DNA from: Dehalococcoidia bacterium
Lineage (GTDB): Bacteria > Chloroflexota > Dehalococcoidia > GIF9 > AB-539-J10
Length of the DNA: 64,000 nt
Assembly: GCA_030602785.1 (NCBI GenBank)
Contig: JAUVZB010000004.1
Location: forward strand, 33,344-97,343
Direction: 5' to 3'
In this document: positions 40,833 to 50,508 of the stretch, piece after piece
How positions within the stretch are numbered: position 1 is the first letter of the stretch
Layout of the letters: every line of letters begins with the position of its first letter
Position numbers and translations under genes: made by a program
Notes under the pieces: generated by a model
The model's database searches: none
What the model was told of the DNA's origin: nothing
The model's input: only the letters and a program-made list of their open reading frames with translations

Positions 40833-43190
40833 TCATTCCCCGGCGTACTCGAAGACCTTTACCTCCGGCACCAGATGGCCGGCAACCATTGTCCTCGAGG
40901 AGGACTCAAATGCCAGGGAGTAGTCATTCAACTCCTCGAGAGGCACAGCAGACACCATGGGGTCAGCGCTCACGAGTCTGAGATTCCCATCCCCTGACTC
41001 ATCCAGATACGACAGGGCCTCCTTGTAGGATGGGAAGTACTCGACCCCCAGAATTTCTTTCCGGCTCCCGGAGACCCCCGAACTCTCGCTGTACCGGACC
41101 ACGGTGAACTCCTCCGGTTGTGACGCCTGCGCCGAGAAGTTGTAGAGCCGGACAAGCATGCAGTTGTAGTACTGCGGGTAGTACAAGACAATGGACTCCA
41201 ACTCGCCGCCGGCAGTCCGCTGGTCGTAGACTTCAAAGAACTCGGTTCGGTCGTGGCCAGCCCAGGCGGCGACTCCGTGGAACGTGCGTACGGAGGTCTT
41301 GACATCCACGACCACGAATCTGGAGTCAAGCGTCTGCAGTACTGGATTTCCCTCCCCCTCGGATTGGGCAAGGAAGAAGCCGGCTGCCACACTGGCGCCA
41401 TTCTGGAACGGGTTGGCAACCGGAATCCTGTGACTCCCCCCGGTTATCCAGTGCCCGTAGTCCCACCATGCCATGATGCTGTACGCGCTGGCGGGATAGT
41501 CGAAGTCGACTCCGGCGCCCGGATGCTCATACATCTCGTAGTAGGCGTTCTCCCCCATCGGCTCCGGCGTGTCGCTCCCCAGCCATTCGAGTGTCTCGTG
41601 CCAGCCATCCGTCATGAGCGATGGCTCCACGGCGAAATTGCGGGCCATCGTGACGCTTGGAACAACCAGAGCGACAGACAAGACTGCAGCGACAGCTCCC
41701 AACCTGAGCGTGGCGTCTCTTCTCTGTGCCCGTTGTGTCTGAACGGCTCTCCGTTCCGCCTTGCTATTGGCCCTGGTCGCCGTTGGGACACGCCGCGCCA
41801 GAGCCACGGCCTGCTTCGCGCACCACCCGCTTTCCAGTATCCACGCCACAAGTAGGCCTGTGAGGACGGCGGCGTTCAGCGCGTAGTAGTATCCAAACCT
41901 GCGCTGGCTGAGCACCGCAACCAGCATGACCAGACTCCACACCACGAAGAGTGTTACGTGATTGCCTCGAGGGCTCCTATGGGAGCGCCAGAGCACGACG
42001 AGAGCCACAAGGGAGGCAGGCAGTACGGTCACGAAGTTGGTCCACGCGATATCAACGGAGAAACGACCTGAAGGAAGAAAGAGCGGATGCATCTCCGTTA
42101 TGCTCAGCGAGGCGCCGGTCGGCACCATGAAGTCGACGGCCTTGAGCGCATTGGTAAACGCACCGGGCAAGGCCACAGCAACGGCGAGCATCAGCGCTGC
42201 GGCACCGCCGGCGAGGACAGCCACGAATACTTTCGCGGACCATCCTCGTCGCCTTGCCCCGACTGACAGAAGGCGCATGGCCACCGGCATAGCAAAGGTG
42301 GCTACCACGGCGAGCACGTACAGGTCCGACATGTAGTGAGTCGCCACAATGGGGCTCACCATCAGGCCGCCGATTGCGACTGCGCCACAGCACACGAGCA
42401 TCACGTCGTCACGGGACTGCCCCTTGGCGTAGTCGGCGATTCCCCTGACAAGTGCATACAGCACCAGGATAAGCAGCAGCAGCAGTCCTCCCCGCCATGC
42501 CAGGAGATAGAGGCCCAGTGACACGCCGGCGATAACCGTGTAGACAACCGCGCTGCGCCCTGTGGTCGACAGCTCCCGGCGCAGATTTTGCAGTGTGAGT
42601 CCGGAGGAAGAAGCCCGCTCGGTCGCAAGCATCAGGAACAGCAGCGTTGTTGTCGCGAAGAAGGCTTCCGCCACGTGGTGGTCCGCGAAGCCGAGCAGAG
42701 ACCTCGACAGGAACTCGCCCGGAAGGATGGCCAGGAGGAACGCGGCAACAGCGCCAGCCAGTCGGCCGTACAGGTGCCGCCCTATGAAATAGGCGGGCAC
42801 TATCGCCAGGGCCCCGAGCGCGGCGGGGAACAATGCCCCGGTTGTGTTGATGACCTCGGGCGAGGGAGTTCCTCCACCTGCCAGCATTGCTGCCCCGGCA
42901 ATCAGCCACCCTGCGAGCGGATGAAAGGGCGGCTCGATGCCGTGAGGGTACCAGGTGAAGGGATCGAAGGCCGTCATGTGTGGGAAGTTCTGCACCAGGC
43001 TGTCGACCAGTCGCATGTGGTACCAAGGGTCCATGCCTCGGAACCACACCGAGCCGTCGACGAAGACGTTGTCGTACGGCCAGAGGATACGGATGGCAAG
43101 AGCAACGGCCACGGAACCCGCTACCACAGCAATGGTAAGCAGGCGACCGGTCGGTCGGAGACGAGGACTTGTGTCTGTCATAGCGCGCAA
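40833..43190 (-). CDS. STT3/AglB/PglB-type oligosaccharyltransferase
   Basis: 785 aa; N-terminal 13-TM region plus periplasmic domain with the hallmark WWDYGHW motif; Arg/Ala-rich linker. Confidence 0.85.
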   Translation of the reverse strand: MRAMTDTSPRLRPTGRLLTIAVVAGSVAVALAIRILWPYDNVFVDGSVWFRGMDPWYHMRLVDSLVQNFPHMTAFDPFTWYPHGIEPPFHPLAGWLIAGAAMLAGGGTPSPEVINTTGALFPAALGALAIVPAYFIGRHLYGRLAGAVAAFLLAILPGEFLSRSLLGFADHHVAEAFFATTTLLFLMLATERASSSGLTLQNLRRELSTTGRSAVVYTVIAGVSLGLYLLAWRGGLLLLLILVLYALVRGIADYAKGQSRDDVMLVCCGAVAIGGLMVSPIVATHYMSDLYVLAVVATFAMPVAMRLLSVGARRRGWSAKVFVAVLAGGAAALMLAVAVALPGAFTNALKAVDFMVPTGASLSITEMHPLFLPSGRFSVDIAWTNFVTVLPASLVALVVLWRSHRSPRGNHVTLFVVWSLVMLVAVLSQRRFGYYYALNAAVLTGLLVAWILESGWCAKQAVALARRVPTATRANSKAERRAVQTQRAQRRDATLRLGAVAAVLSVALVVPSVTMARNFAVEPSLMTDGWHETLEWLGSDTPEPMGENAYYEMYEHPGAGVDFDYPASAYSIMAWWDYGHWITGGSHRIPVANPFQNGASVAAGFFLAQSEGEGNPVLQTLDSRFVVVDVKTSVRTFHGVAAWAGHDRTEFFEVYDQRTAGGELESIVLYYPQYYNCMLVRLYNFSAQASQPEEFTVVRYSESSGVSGSRKEILGVEYFPSYKEALSYLDESGDGNLRLVSADPMVSAVPLEELNDYSLAFESSSRTMVAGHLVPEVKVFEYAGE

Positions 43191-43368
43191 CGAGTGGTTT
43201 GCGAGATTATATGGGAAGGTCCTGAGACACGCAACGAACAGACCGGAATGCCTCCGATGGCCACAGAGCCATCATGGAGGCCTCCGCCGATATTGACAGA
43301 CCGCCGCAGGCAGTCCTAAATATGACTCGCTTAGGCAAGAGAACCTGAGAACTCTAAGGAGTGAGAAG

Positions 43369-44805
43369 ATGAAAGGCATGGCTTTCGATATCCAGTATGG
43401 CGATGAGACATTCGCTACTACGCTTCCGGAACGAACCAGAGTCATCAAGCAGACTACGAGAGCTCTCCCGCCTGTGCCGGACACGGCGCAGGCTGTGCGC
43501 GATGCGCTTCTCTCACCTGTGGCCCACGAGCCTCTTCAGAAGCTCGTGGACTCCAAATCCACGGTGACCATAGCTTTCGATGACCCCATCGGTTACCTGC
43601 CTGAAGAGGCAAGTCCTCCCTTCCGCGAAGCTGCAATCAAGGTCGTTCTTGAGGAACTGGACAAGCTTGGAGTGCCCCGCTCAAACATACGGCTCGTGTG
43701 CGCCGTCGGTCTGCACCGCAAGTTCACGAATCGCGAACTCGGGACGATCATCGGCGAGGACGTGGCGTACAGGTTCGGGCCCAGCAGGCTCTTCAACCAT
43801 GATGCCGAGGACCGCGACAACCTCGTCTTTCTTGGCGAAACGGGCAGGCAGCAGGAAGTCGAGGTCAGCCGACTGGTGGTTGAATCCGACCAGTTGATTT
43901 ACATAAGTCAGCCATGGTCTCACTTCAACGGCGGCTGGAAATCCGTCGTTGTCGGTCTCAGTAGTTTCCGCAGCATCAGGCACCACCACAGACCTTTCGC
44001 GAAGGCCTCAGGCAAGTCGTCACTCGACCCGAAGCGCTCTGCCTTCCCACGTCTTCTCAATGAGATGGGGCAGGTCATAGAGCAAGAGCTTGCCGCCAAA
44101 GGCCGCCGGGTTCTCCTCATCGAGGGCTGCATGAACAACGCCAACCCCCAGCAGGTCGTGCAGGTCCTGGCCGGCCACCCGCGTGAGGTCCATGAACTGG
44201 GACTGGAAGTGCTCCAGCAGCAGCAGGTTGTCCCGGTCAAGGGCCAATCGGACGTGGTCATATACGGCCTCGGCAACTGTCGGGACCCGTACTCGAAGAT
44301 GTCCATAATCAATCCCATCCAGGTGCGGAATCTCGCGATGTCGTATAGCTACGGGCTCTTTCAGAACGTGCCGCTGGTCCGAAAGGACGGCATCCTCATC
44401 ATGTGCCATCCCTGCGTGTGCCAGTTTCACCCGGTGCATACCCCCTCATACGTGGAGGTGTACGAAAAACTGCTGCCGTATCAACGCGACCCCATGGAGC
44501 TCTGGGAGGTGTACGCAGAGGAGTTCGCCCATCGCCCTGAGTACATTCGCAAGTACAGGTATGGGCATGCCTTCCACGGCGCACATCCTTTCATCCTGTT
44601 TGGACAGGGCCTCTACGGGTTGAAGCACGCCAGCCGCGTGCTTCTCGCTGGAGCAAGGGACAAAGAAGCTGCACGGCGTATCGGCTTCGAGCCGTTCGAC
44701 ACCCTCGATGAAGCGATTGCCGAGGCGGAGCGGACACTTGGCAGCGGATGCAGTATCAGCTATCCGGACATGCGACAGAACTTCGTCTGCGATGTGGAGG
44801 AATAG
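43369..44805 (+). CDS. LarA-like (DUF2088) lactate-racemase-family protein, orphan (no larB/C/E nearby)
   Basis: 478 aa; N-terminal region resembles the LarA N-domain; the assignment is tentative. Confidence 0.45.
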   Translation: MKGMAFDIQYGDETFATTLPERTRVIKQTTRALPPVPDTAQAVRDALLSPVAHEPLQKLVDSKSTVTIAFDDPIGYLPEEASPPFREAAIKVVLEELDKLGVPRSNIRLVCAVGLHRKFTNRELGTIIGEDVAYRFGPSRLFNHDAEDRDNLVFLGETGRQQEVEVSRLVVESDQLIYISQPWSHFNGGWKSVVVGLSSFRSIRHHHRPFAKASGKSSLDPKRSAFPRLLNEMGQVIEQELAAKGRRVLLIEGCMNNANPQQVVQVLAGHPREVHELGLEVLQQQQVVPVKGQSDVVIYGLGNCRDPYSKMSIINPIQVRNLAMSYSYGLFQNVPLVRKDGILIMCHPCVCQFHPVHTPSYVEVYEKLLPYQRDPMELWEVYAEEFAHRPEYIRKYRYGHAFHGAHPFILFGQGLYGLKHASRVLLAGARDKEAARRIGFEPFDTLDEAIAEAERTLGSGCSISYPDMRQNFVCDVEE

Positions 44806-45236
44806 CTGTTCAGCCGTTGTGCGGACTCCCGGGCGGCCAACGGGCAGCGCAGCGCAGCTTTGCCTCCAGCACGCCGCAGCTTCTTGCAGCCAAGTTGGAC
44901 CGTCGAGCGTGAGTGGCCCCAGACCGTGTCCGAGCCGTATGGGCGGGAGTGCTTTGCGATAGGGAAGGACATTCGTACAAAGAAGCGCAGCCTATTGTTA
45001 CAAGTCGGTTGAGCCGCTCGCGCGGCCTTGACCATGGCACTGTCACTTGGGGTGCACTGGCGGAACCAACATCTCCTCGGACGTCGCAATGGAAGTACAA
45101 CCTGTTGAGCGAAGCCATTCCGAGGCATAACGTTGGGGACGGGCAGGCTATCGACGAGTGCAACTTGCCCACAGGTTCTGCTACCCAGGACATATCGTAA
45201 CTCTCTCAGTAGAATACTGTGCCCAACCGGGTTGTG

Positions 45237-45264
45237 TGGACCTACCGGTGTGGACCTACCGGTG
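45237..45264 (+). promoter_or_regulatory. tandem 14-bp direct repeat (TGGACCTACCGGTG x2) abutting -35/-10-like hexamers (TTGACG 45265-45270, TATAGA 45286-45291)
   Basis: Read directly from the sequence; lies in the 550-bp AT-richer non-coding region upstream of the three-gene operon at 45356. Confidence 0.4.
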
Positions 45265-45355
45265 TTGACGCACCGAAGCGACGGCTATAGACTTGTGCTC
45301 CGGGATAACGAATATGCCTCTGCGGTTTCCAATGAGATAGTGGGAGACTCCACCA

Positions 45356-46123
45356 ATGAAGTTGCAGCCAGCGGGGTCGTGGCAAGTAGAGAACCTGAGG
45401 ACCAGTCTGTACAGCGTCGCCCCAATTGATGTCGCCAGTGCGAAGTGGTGGAGGCCGATCACTGGGGAACCCTCGGAGAGTACAGTCCTTAAGGAGCGCG
45501 AGGGCCTCATGCAAGAACAGGGGCCATGGCGAGGAGCGCGGCTAGTAGTTGCAACTCGGGTCAACCGTGTAGATTGGGTCGCCTGCGGCCCACGGCCAGA
45601 TGAGGAACGGACTGCTCCCTCATTGCCGGGCATCGGGTCGTTCGGAGATATGCTGTCGCCATTCTCCAAGCTTGTCAAGACCTGGTTGTCCATGCCTGGG
45701 TGCCCGGAGCCGAGACGTTTGGCTTTTGGCGCTGTGCTGCTTCTGCCTGTCGAGTCAAACGAGGAGGGCTTGAGGCAGCTCCAACCCTATCTCCCCAAGG
45801 TCGAGATAGACGCCGAAGGCTCCGAGGACTTCATCTTTCAGGTTAACAGGCCGCGAGTCTTGCAGATGGCCGACGAGACGCTTCGAATCAACCGCATCGG
45901 CAAGTGGTCCGTCGTTGGTCTGCGGGTGGTCGGATTCTCTGTAGAGGGAAGTGAGCTGTTCAGCATGGGCGATGACCGACGGCAGTACGCCCTCAGACTT
46001 GAGATCGACATAAACACCTCGGGGGACCGCACTGAGCCACTGCTTGGAGACTTAGGCGGACTCTACGAACGCCTGATTGAGACCGGTGTGGAACTCATCA
46101 AGCAGGGAGACGTTGTAGATTGA
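45356..46123 (+). CDS. hypothetical protein (255 aa), first gene of a three-gene operon
   Basis: Long ORF after a long non-coding region; its stop overlaps the next start (TTGA); no recognised domain. Confidence 0.5.
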   Translation: MKLQPAGSWQVENLRTSLYSVAPIDVASAKWWRPITGEPSESTVLKEREGLMQEQGPWRGARLVVATRVNRVDWVACGPRPDEERTAPSLPGIGSFGDMLSPFSKLVKTWLSMPGCPEPRRLAFGAVLLLPVESNEEGLRQLQPYLPKVEIDAEGSEDFIFQVNRPRVLQMADETLRINRIGKWSVVGLRVVGFSVEGSELFSMGDDRRQYALRLEIDINTSGDRTEPLLGDLGGLYERLIETGVELIKQGDVVD

Positions 46124-47010
46124 CCGTACAGGCCGACGTTGTTGAGCTAATACAAGACAACTTGACGAAACCGGACAACTCGAGAAGGGCTTCGTATCTC
46201 GTGACGGGCGGCTTGTCAGTGCCCGAATTCTGGACCACAGACCCGAGGACGGAGATCTCCTCCGAGGCTTTTCACACCTTCGTCATGTACTGGGTCGGCA
46301 AGAGGACGCGAGGCGAGGCTGCGCCAGATACCGAAGAAGCCGAAAACTCCCAGGCAGTCACTTCAGATGTGGGGGACTACGGACTGACTTTGGTCTCCAC
46401 TCCACGGGAGTGGATGCTGAGTCGTTGGGTGGACTACAACCGCGGATACGTGCAGGCGTGTGATGCGGTCGTGTATTGGGTGGCTGATGAAGGAGAGACC
46501 ACTGTGGAGCTATTGGAATTCAAGAGAGCGAGAGAGACAGCAGCGGCAATCAACCACGTGTCGCCAAGAGCGCCAGAGGAACCGCCTTTGTCTGTCCTAG
46601 AACATGCGGTGGATGAGCTTTTTCTCAACGCCCGCAACGAGGAATTCGAGCAGGGTATGGACAGTGACTTCTCTGTTCGACTCCGGGAGCTCGTCGAGAA
46701 CCACGGGTCGACAGTCATGAACGAAATCGCGTACCTAGTCCGGCGGAGCGACACTCCTCCGTCCGTTGCGACTGAGGCGCTATCGACATTGGGAGAGCTC
46801 AGTGATGCGTCGAGCAGGCCTTGGCGGGAATGGATTCTGACTCAGGTTCTTCTTGACGGTCGAACAGCCCGCATTCGTGACGCGGCAGCCCTAGCCTTCG
46901 CCGACCTACTGGGCTCTGATTGCGTGCCAGTGCTTCGTGAGGCTGCACGTTCCGAGAAGTGCGAAGAACTCAGGGCGCTAATACTGCAGCTTTGTGCGGA
47001 ATTTGGGTAG
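46120..47010 (+). CDS. hypothetical protein with C-terminal HEAT/PBS-lyase-like repeats (296 aa)
   Basis: C-terminal repeated helical pairs (…ALSTLGELSD…ARIRDAAALAFADLLG…VLREAARSEKCEELRALIL…); overlaps its neighbours. Confidence 0.5.
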   Translation: MTVQADVVELIQDNLTKPDNSRRASYLVTGGLSVPEFWTTDPRTEISSEAFHTFVMYWVGKRTRGEAAPDTEEAENSQAVTSDVGDYGLTLVSTPREWMLSRWVDYNRGYVQACDAVVYWVADEGETTVELLEFKRARETAAAINHVSPRAPEEPPLSVLEHAVDELFLNARNEEFEQGMDSDFSVRLRELVENHGSTVMNEIAYLVRRSDTPPSVATEALSTLGELSDASSRPWREWILTQVLLDGRTARIRDAAALAFADLLGSDCVPVLREAARSEKCEELRALILQLCAEFG

Positions 47011-47521
47011 GGCTCAGCCAGTGCTATTGCTGAGGATGATTAGCCGAGCGAAATGGCTCCGAGACGCCCACCCTTGGCTCCTCACCGACGAAATCCAATC
47101 TGACGCTCTGAGCGACCTGAAGACCGACGGTAACAAGCTCTCCGTTTGGGAGATTCTGGAAGACCAGTCGAATCTCGAACAGGTCCTTGGAGCGCTTGCC
47201 AGCAACTGGGACAAACCGCAGCACCTCGACTATGTCATAGTTGAAAGCAACCTCCTCGCAGGCCCTGGTCTATCGCTCAAGCTTGAGAAAGAGGACGAAG
47301 GTGCCACGAAACACCGCGCAGCAGACAGACAGTGGCACTACAACCTGTGCGAACTTACGGCCACATCCGTTCTTGGCCTAGCGGGCATCGTCGATAGAGC
47401 AGAGAGCAAGGCTCGGGTGACCAAGAAGAGGATTATCGCGATCTTGCGAGAAGAGGTTGGGGCGAATCGCATCGAGGGAACTCGGCTTAGCCAGCAGCTC
47501 CGAGATGTGCTCGTCTCCTAG
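46994..47521 (+). CDS. hypothetical protein (175 aa); its stop codon lies inside the MITE-like repeat
   Basis: 17-bp overlap with the upstream gene; stop TAG = 47519-47521, within the CTAGGAG terminus of repeat copy 2. Confidence 0.45.
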   Translation: MRNLGRAQPVLLLRMISRAKWLRDAHPWLLTDEIQSDALSDLKTDGNKLSVWEILEDQSNLEQVLGALASNWDKPQHLDYVIVESNLLAGPGLSLKLEKEDEGATKHRAADRQWHYNLCELTATSVLGLAGIVDRAESKARVTKKRIIAILREEVGANRIEGTRLSQQLRDVLVS

Positions 47522-47616
47522 GAGCCTGTCGGAGTAATGTTTTGCCTGAAGCTAAATGCCCCCGATTCTTAGGTTGCTCTAGCTTTGACTCAGGGATTAC
47601 TCGGACACACTCCTAG
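47518..47616. repeat. 99-bp MITE-like repeat, copy 2 (identical to 27833-27931)
   Basis: Exact identity; its terminal CTAG motifs supply TAG stops for the + gene ending at 47521 and for ftsH (minus strand, stop at 47613-47615). Confidence 0.9.
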
Positions 47617-49475
47617 GTGCTCACCGGCTGGACCGCCGGCGCGCCGAATAGTTTCTCTATGTCGTCCTCGCCCACGGTTTCCATTTCAATCAGCAGTGTC
47701 GCCAGCTGCTGTAGCTTCACCGTATTCTGCTCGAGTATGCGCTTCGCAGTGGCGTAGGCCCGCTGGATACGGTTGTGCATCTCCTGATCGATCTCGTGGG
47801 CAACGCTGTCGCTGTAGTCCCTCTGCTCGCTGATTTCCTTGCCGAGGAAGACCATCTCCTGTCGCTGCCCGAACGTGCGAAGACCGAGTCTGTCGCTCAT
47901 GCCATATTCGGTGATCATCTTGCGGGCCAGCTTCGTGGCCCTCTCGAGGTCGCTCTGGGCTCCCGTGGTAATCTCGCCGAAGTGGAGCTCTTCAGCAGCG
48001 CGGCCTCCGAGCAGGGTGGCAATCTGGTCGTTCAGCTGTGAACGGGACCACAGCCTGCGGTCCTCGCTGGGAAGAAACTTGGTCCACCCGCCTGCAGCTC
48101 CTCGCGCGATGATAGAAACCTTGTGCACCGGGTCGGAAGTGGGCAGCATCCGGGCAACAAGAACATGTCCGCTTTCGTGATAGGCAGTAATCTCCTTCTC
48201 CCGGGGAGTGATTACCCTGCTCTTGCGCTCCGGTCCCATCATCACGCGGTCGGCCGCATCCTCCATTTCTTGCCCGGTGATCTTCTTGAGATTGCGTCTG
48301 CCGGCGAGAAGGGCCGCCTCATTGGCGAGATTGGCCAGGTCGGCTCCACTGAAACCCGGAGTCTGTTTCGCAATGACCTCAAGGTCTATTCCCTTCGCGA
48401 GAGGCTTCTCTTTGGTATGGACCTTGAGGATTGCGAATCGCTCCCTGACATCAGGAAGGTCAATCACGATGTGCCGGTCAAACCTGCCCGGGCGGAGAAG
48501 CGCGGGGTCGAGAATATCAGGGCGATTCGTTGCGGCAACGACGATAACCTTGGTGTTGGTATCGAAGCCGTCCATCTCGGACAGGATCTGGTTGAGTGTC
48601 TGTTCGCGCTCGTCGTGGCCACCACCCAGTCCTGCGCCTCTGTGCCGTCCCACGGCGTCTATCTCGTCGATGAAGATAATGCACGGGGAACTACGCTTGG
48701 CCTGTTCGAACAAGTCGCGGACCCTTGCAGCTCCCACGCCAACGAACATCTCGACGAACTCGCTGCCGCTGATGGAGTAGAAGGGGACCTTGGCCTCACC
48801 CGCGATCGCTTTGGCAAGCAAGGTCTTGCCGGTGCCGGGAGGTCCGACAAGCAGGACTCCTCGTGGTATCCGGCCACCCAGAGAGCGGAACTTGTCCGGG
48901 GACTTCAGGAAGTCGACGACCTCTCCAACCTCCTCCTTGGCTTCTTCCGTGCCCGCAACATCCTCGAACGTGATTGTCGGCCTGTCGGCATTGTTCAGTC
49001 GCGCGCGGCTCTTTCCGAAGCTGAATGCCTGAGACCCTGCTCCCTTCGCCGATCTGAAGAAGAGGAAAAAGAGCACAGCGAGCAGTCCGATGGGTAGGAA
49101 TACCTGAATGGCTATGAGGGCCCAGTCCTGGCCTCCCGCCTGGACCTCCAGAGCGAGTCCACCCTCTCCGACCGCGATTCCGTTCTCTGCAAGAATGGCG
49201 ACGAGGTCGTTGGTGCCGCCGTAGTAGTCCGCGGTGTATTTCTGCTCGTCTCCTGCGTAGCCTGTGAGCGTGTTCTCCTTCTGTGTTATGCGGTCGATTT
49301 CTCCCTGTCTGGCATGCATCATGAAGTCAGTTATGCCGACTTCCTTAGGACCGGCGCCCTCGGGCATGAAAAGCACGAGGAGCGTCAGTGCGGCGACGAA
49401 CAAGAGCAGGTAGTAGATATTGCTTTGCCAGCTACGCGGCGATAAGTTCTGCACGTCGACATTATAGCAGGGCAA
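47613..49475 (-). CDS. ftsH: ATP-dependent zinc metalloprotease FtsH
   Basis: AAA motifs ([14 protein letters not shown]), HEXXH (HESGH), two N-terminal TM helices; 620 aa. Confidence 0.9.
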   Translation of the reverse strand: MPCYNVDVQNLSPRSWQSNIYYLLLFVAALTLLVLFMPEGAGPKEVGITDFMMHARQGEIDRITQKENTLTGYAGDEQKYTADYYGGTNDLVAILAENGIAVGEGGLALEVQAGGQDWALIAIQVFLPIGLLAVLFFLFFRSAKGAGSQAFSFGKSRARLNNADRPTITFEDVAGTEEAKEEVGEVVDFLKSPDKFRSLGGRIPRGVLLVGPPGTGKTLLAKAIAGEAKVPFYSISGSEFVEMFVGVGAARVRDLFEQAKRSSPCIIFIDEIDAVGRHRGAGLGGGHDEREQTLNQILSEMDGFDTNTKVIVVAATNRPDILDPALLRPGRFDRHIVIDLPDVRERFAILKVHTKEKPLAKGIDLEVIAKQTPGFSGADLANLANEAALLAGRRNLKKITGQEMEDAADRVMMGPERKSRVITPREKEITAYHESGHVLVARMLPTSDPVHKVSIIARGAAGGWTKFLPSEDRRLWSRSQLNDQIATLLGGRAAEELHFGEITTGAQSDLERATKLARKMITEYGMSDRLGLRTFGQRQEMVFLGKEISEQRDYSDSVAHEIDQEMHNRIQRAYATAKRILEQNTVKLQQLATLLIEMETVGEDDIEKLFGAPAVQPVST

Positions 49476-49640
49476 CGAGTGGGTGCGAAAAGGGCCCGGC
49501 TCTAATGACTGCGCTTGCGCATGCCTCTGCCGGCGCGGGCCGCGATGGCGTGCACGTAAACCGCAAAGCTCTGTTCATGAAGCGCCCTGTTGTCATCCTC
49601 GCTCAGGTTCATGGACGCGTCTCGCGAGGTGCTATAATGC

Positions 49641-50000
49641 TTGCAGGAGGACCTCTTACTGGAACCAGAAGCTATTGCGCGCCTCGCTGCCGAAGTTGCC
49701 TCAGAGAAGCAGGCAATCGATGTGGCAGTGCTCGACGTGAGAGGCTCCTGTTCCTTCGCGGACTATTTCCTCGTGTGCACCGGTGACAGTGAGCGCCAGC
49801 TCAATGCCATATGGGAAGCCATCCTCGATGCTCTTAAGGCCCGCGATGTTCGCGCTCTTCACAAGGAAGGAGTTGGTTCGGGATGGCTCCTGGCCGACTA
49901 CGGAGCAGTGGTAGTTCACGTGTTGGCGCCCCATGAGCGCGAGTTCTACCAGCTCGAGTCTCTGTGGGAAGACGCTATCGCAGTCCTCCGAATTCAGTGA
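49641..50000 (+). CDS. rsfS: ribosome silencing factor RsfS (Iojap)
   Basis: 119 aa; DYFLVCTG…G.WLLADYG.VVVH motif typical of RsfS. Confidence 0.8.
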   Translation: MQEDLLLEPEAIARLAAEVASEKQAIDVAVLDVRGSCSFADYFLVCTGDSERQLNAIWEAILDALKARDVRALHKEGVGSGWLLADYGAVVVHVLAPHEREFYQLESLWEDAIAVLRIQ

Positions 50001-50008
50001 CTGGCGGG

Positions 50009-50482
50009 TCAGCCCGCGCCGAGCCAACCATCAATAGATCGTCTGTAGTCCAGAATGTCGTCCTGCGCGAAGAAGAGCGCTATCTCGCGCCGGGCGCTCT
50101 CAACCGAGTCTGAACCGTGCACCAGGTTGTTCTGGAGGTCGATCGCCAGGTCCCCGCGTATGGTGCCCGGGGCCGCTTGCGAGGAGTCGGTCTGCCCCAT
50201 GGTCTGCCGGACGACCTCAACCGCGTGTCGGCCCTCAACAACCATGGCGATTATGGGACATGACGTGATGAACTCCACAAGGCTTCCGAAGAAAGGCTTG
50301 TCCGTGTGCGCCTCGTAGTGTCTTCCTGCAAGTTCTGTGTCAACTTGCAGCAGACGCATCGCGACGATTCTGAGCCCCTTCCTTTCGATGCGGGAGATAA
50401 CCTCTCCTGCGAGCCCTCGCTGCATTGCATCCGGCTTGACCAGTATGAGTGTCTGTTGGATGTCTGCTGATTTCTGTCCCAT
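50009..50482 (-). CDS. ndk: nucleoside diphosphate kinase
   Basis: [13 protein letters not shown]…NLVHGSDS motifs; 157 aa. Confidence 0.9.
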   Translation of the reverse strand: MGQKSADIQQTLILVKPDAMQRGLAGEVISRIERKGLRIVAMRLLQVDTELAGRHYEAHTDKPFFGSLVEFITSCPIIAMVVEGRHAVEVVRQTMGQTDSSQAAPGTIRGDLAIDLQNNLVHGSDSVESARREIALFFAQDDILDYRRSIDGWLGAG

Positions 50483-50508
50483 TCGGTGGGGGGGCTCCTT
50501 TCCGTTAG

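Noticed and set aside
27833-47616. Classical genomic island / prophage interpretation of the MITE-bounded segment
   Set aside because: No integrase, recombinase, transposase or phage genes were seen. The content is largely housekeeping-like (yggS, J-protein, GTPase). Only a passively acquired or rearrangement-prone segment is proposed.
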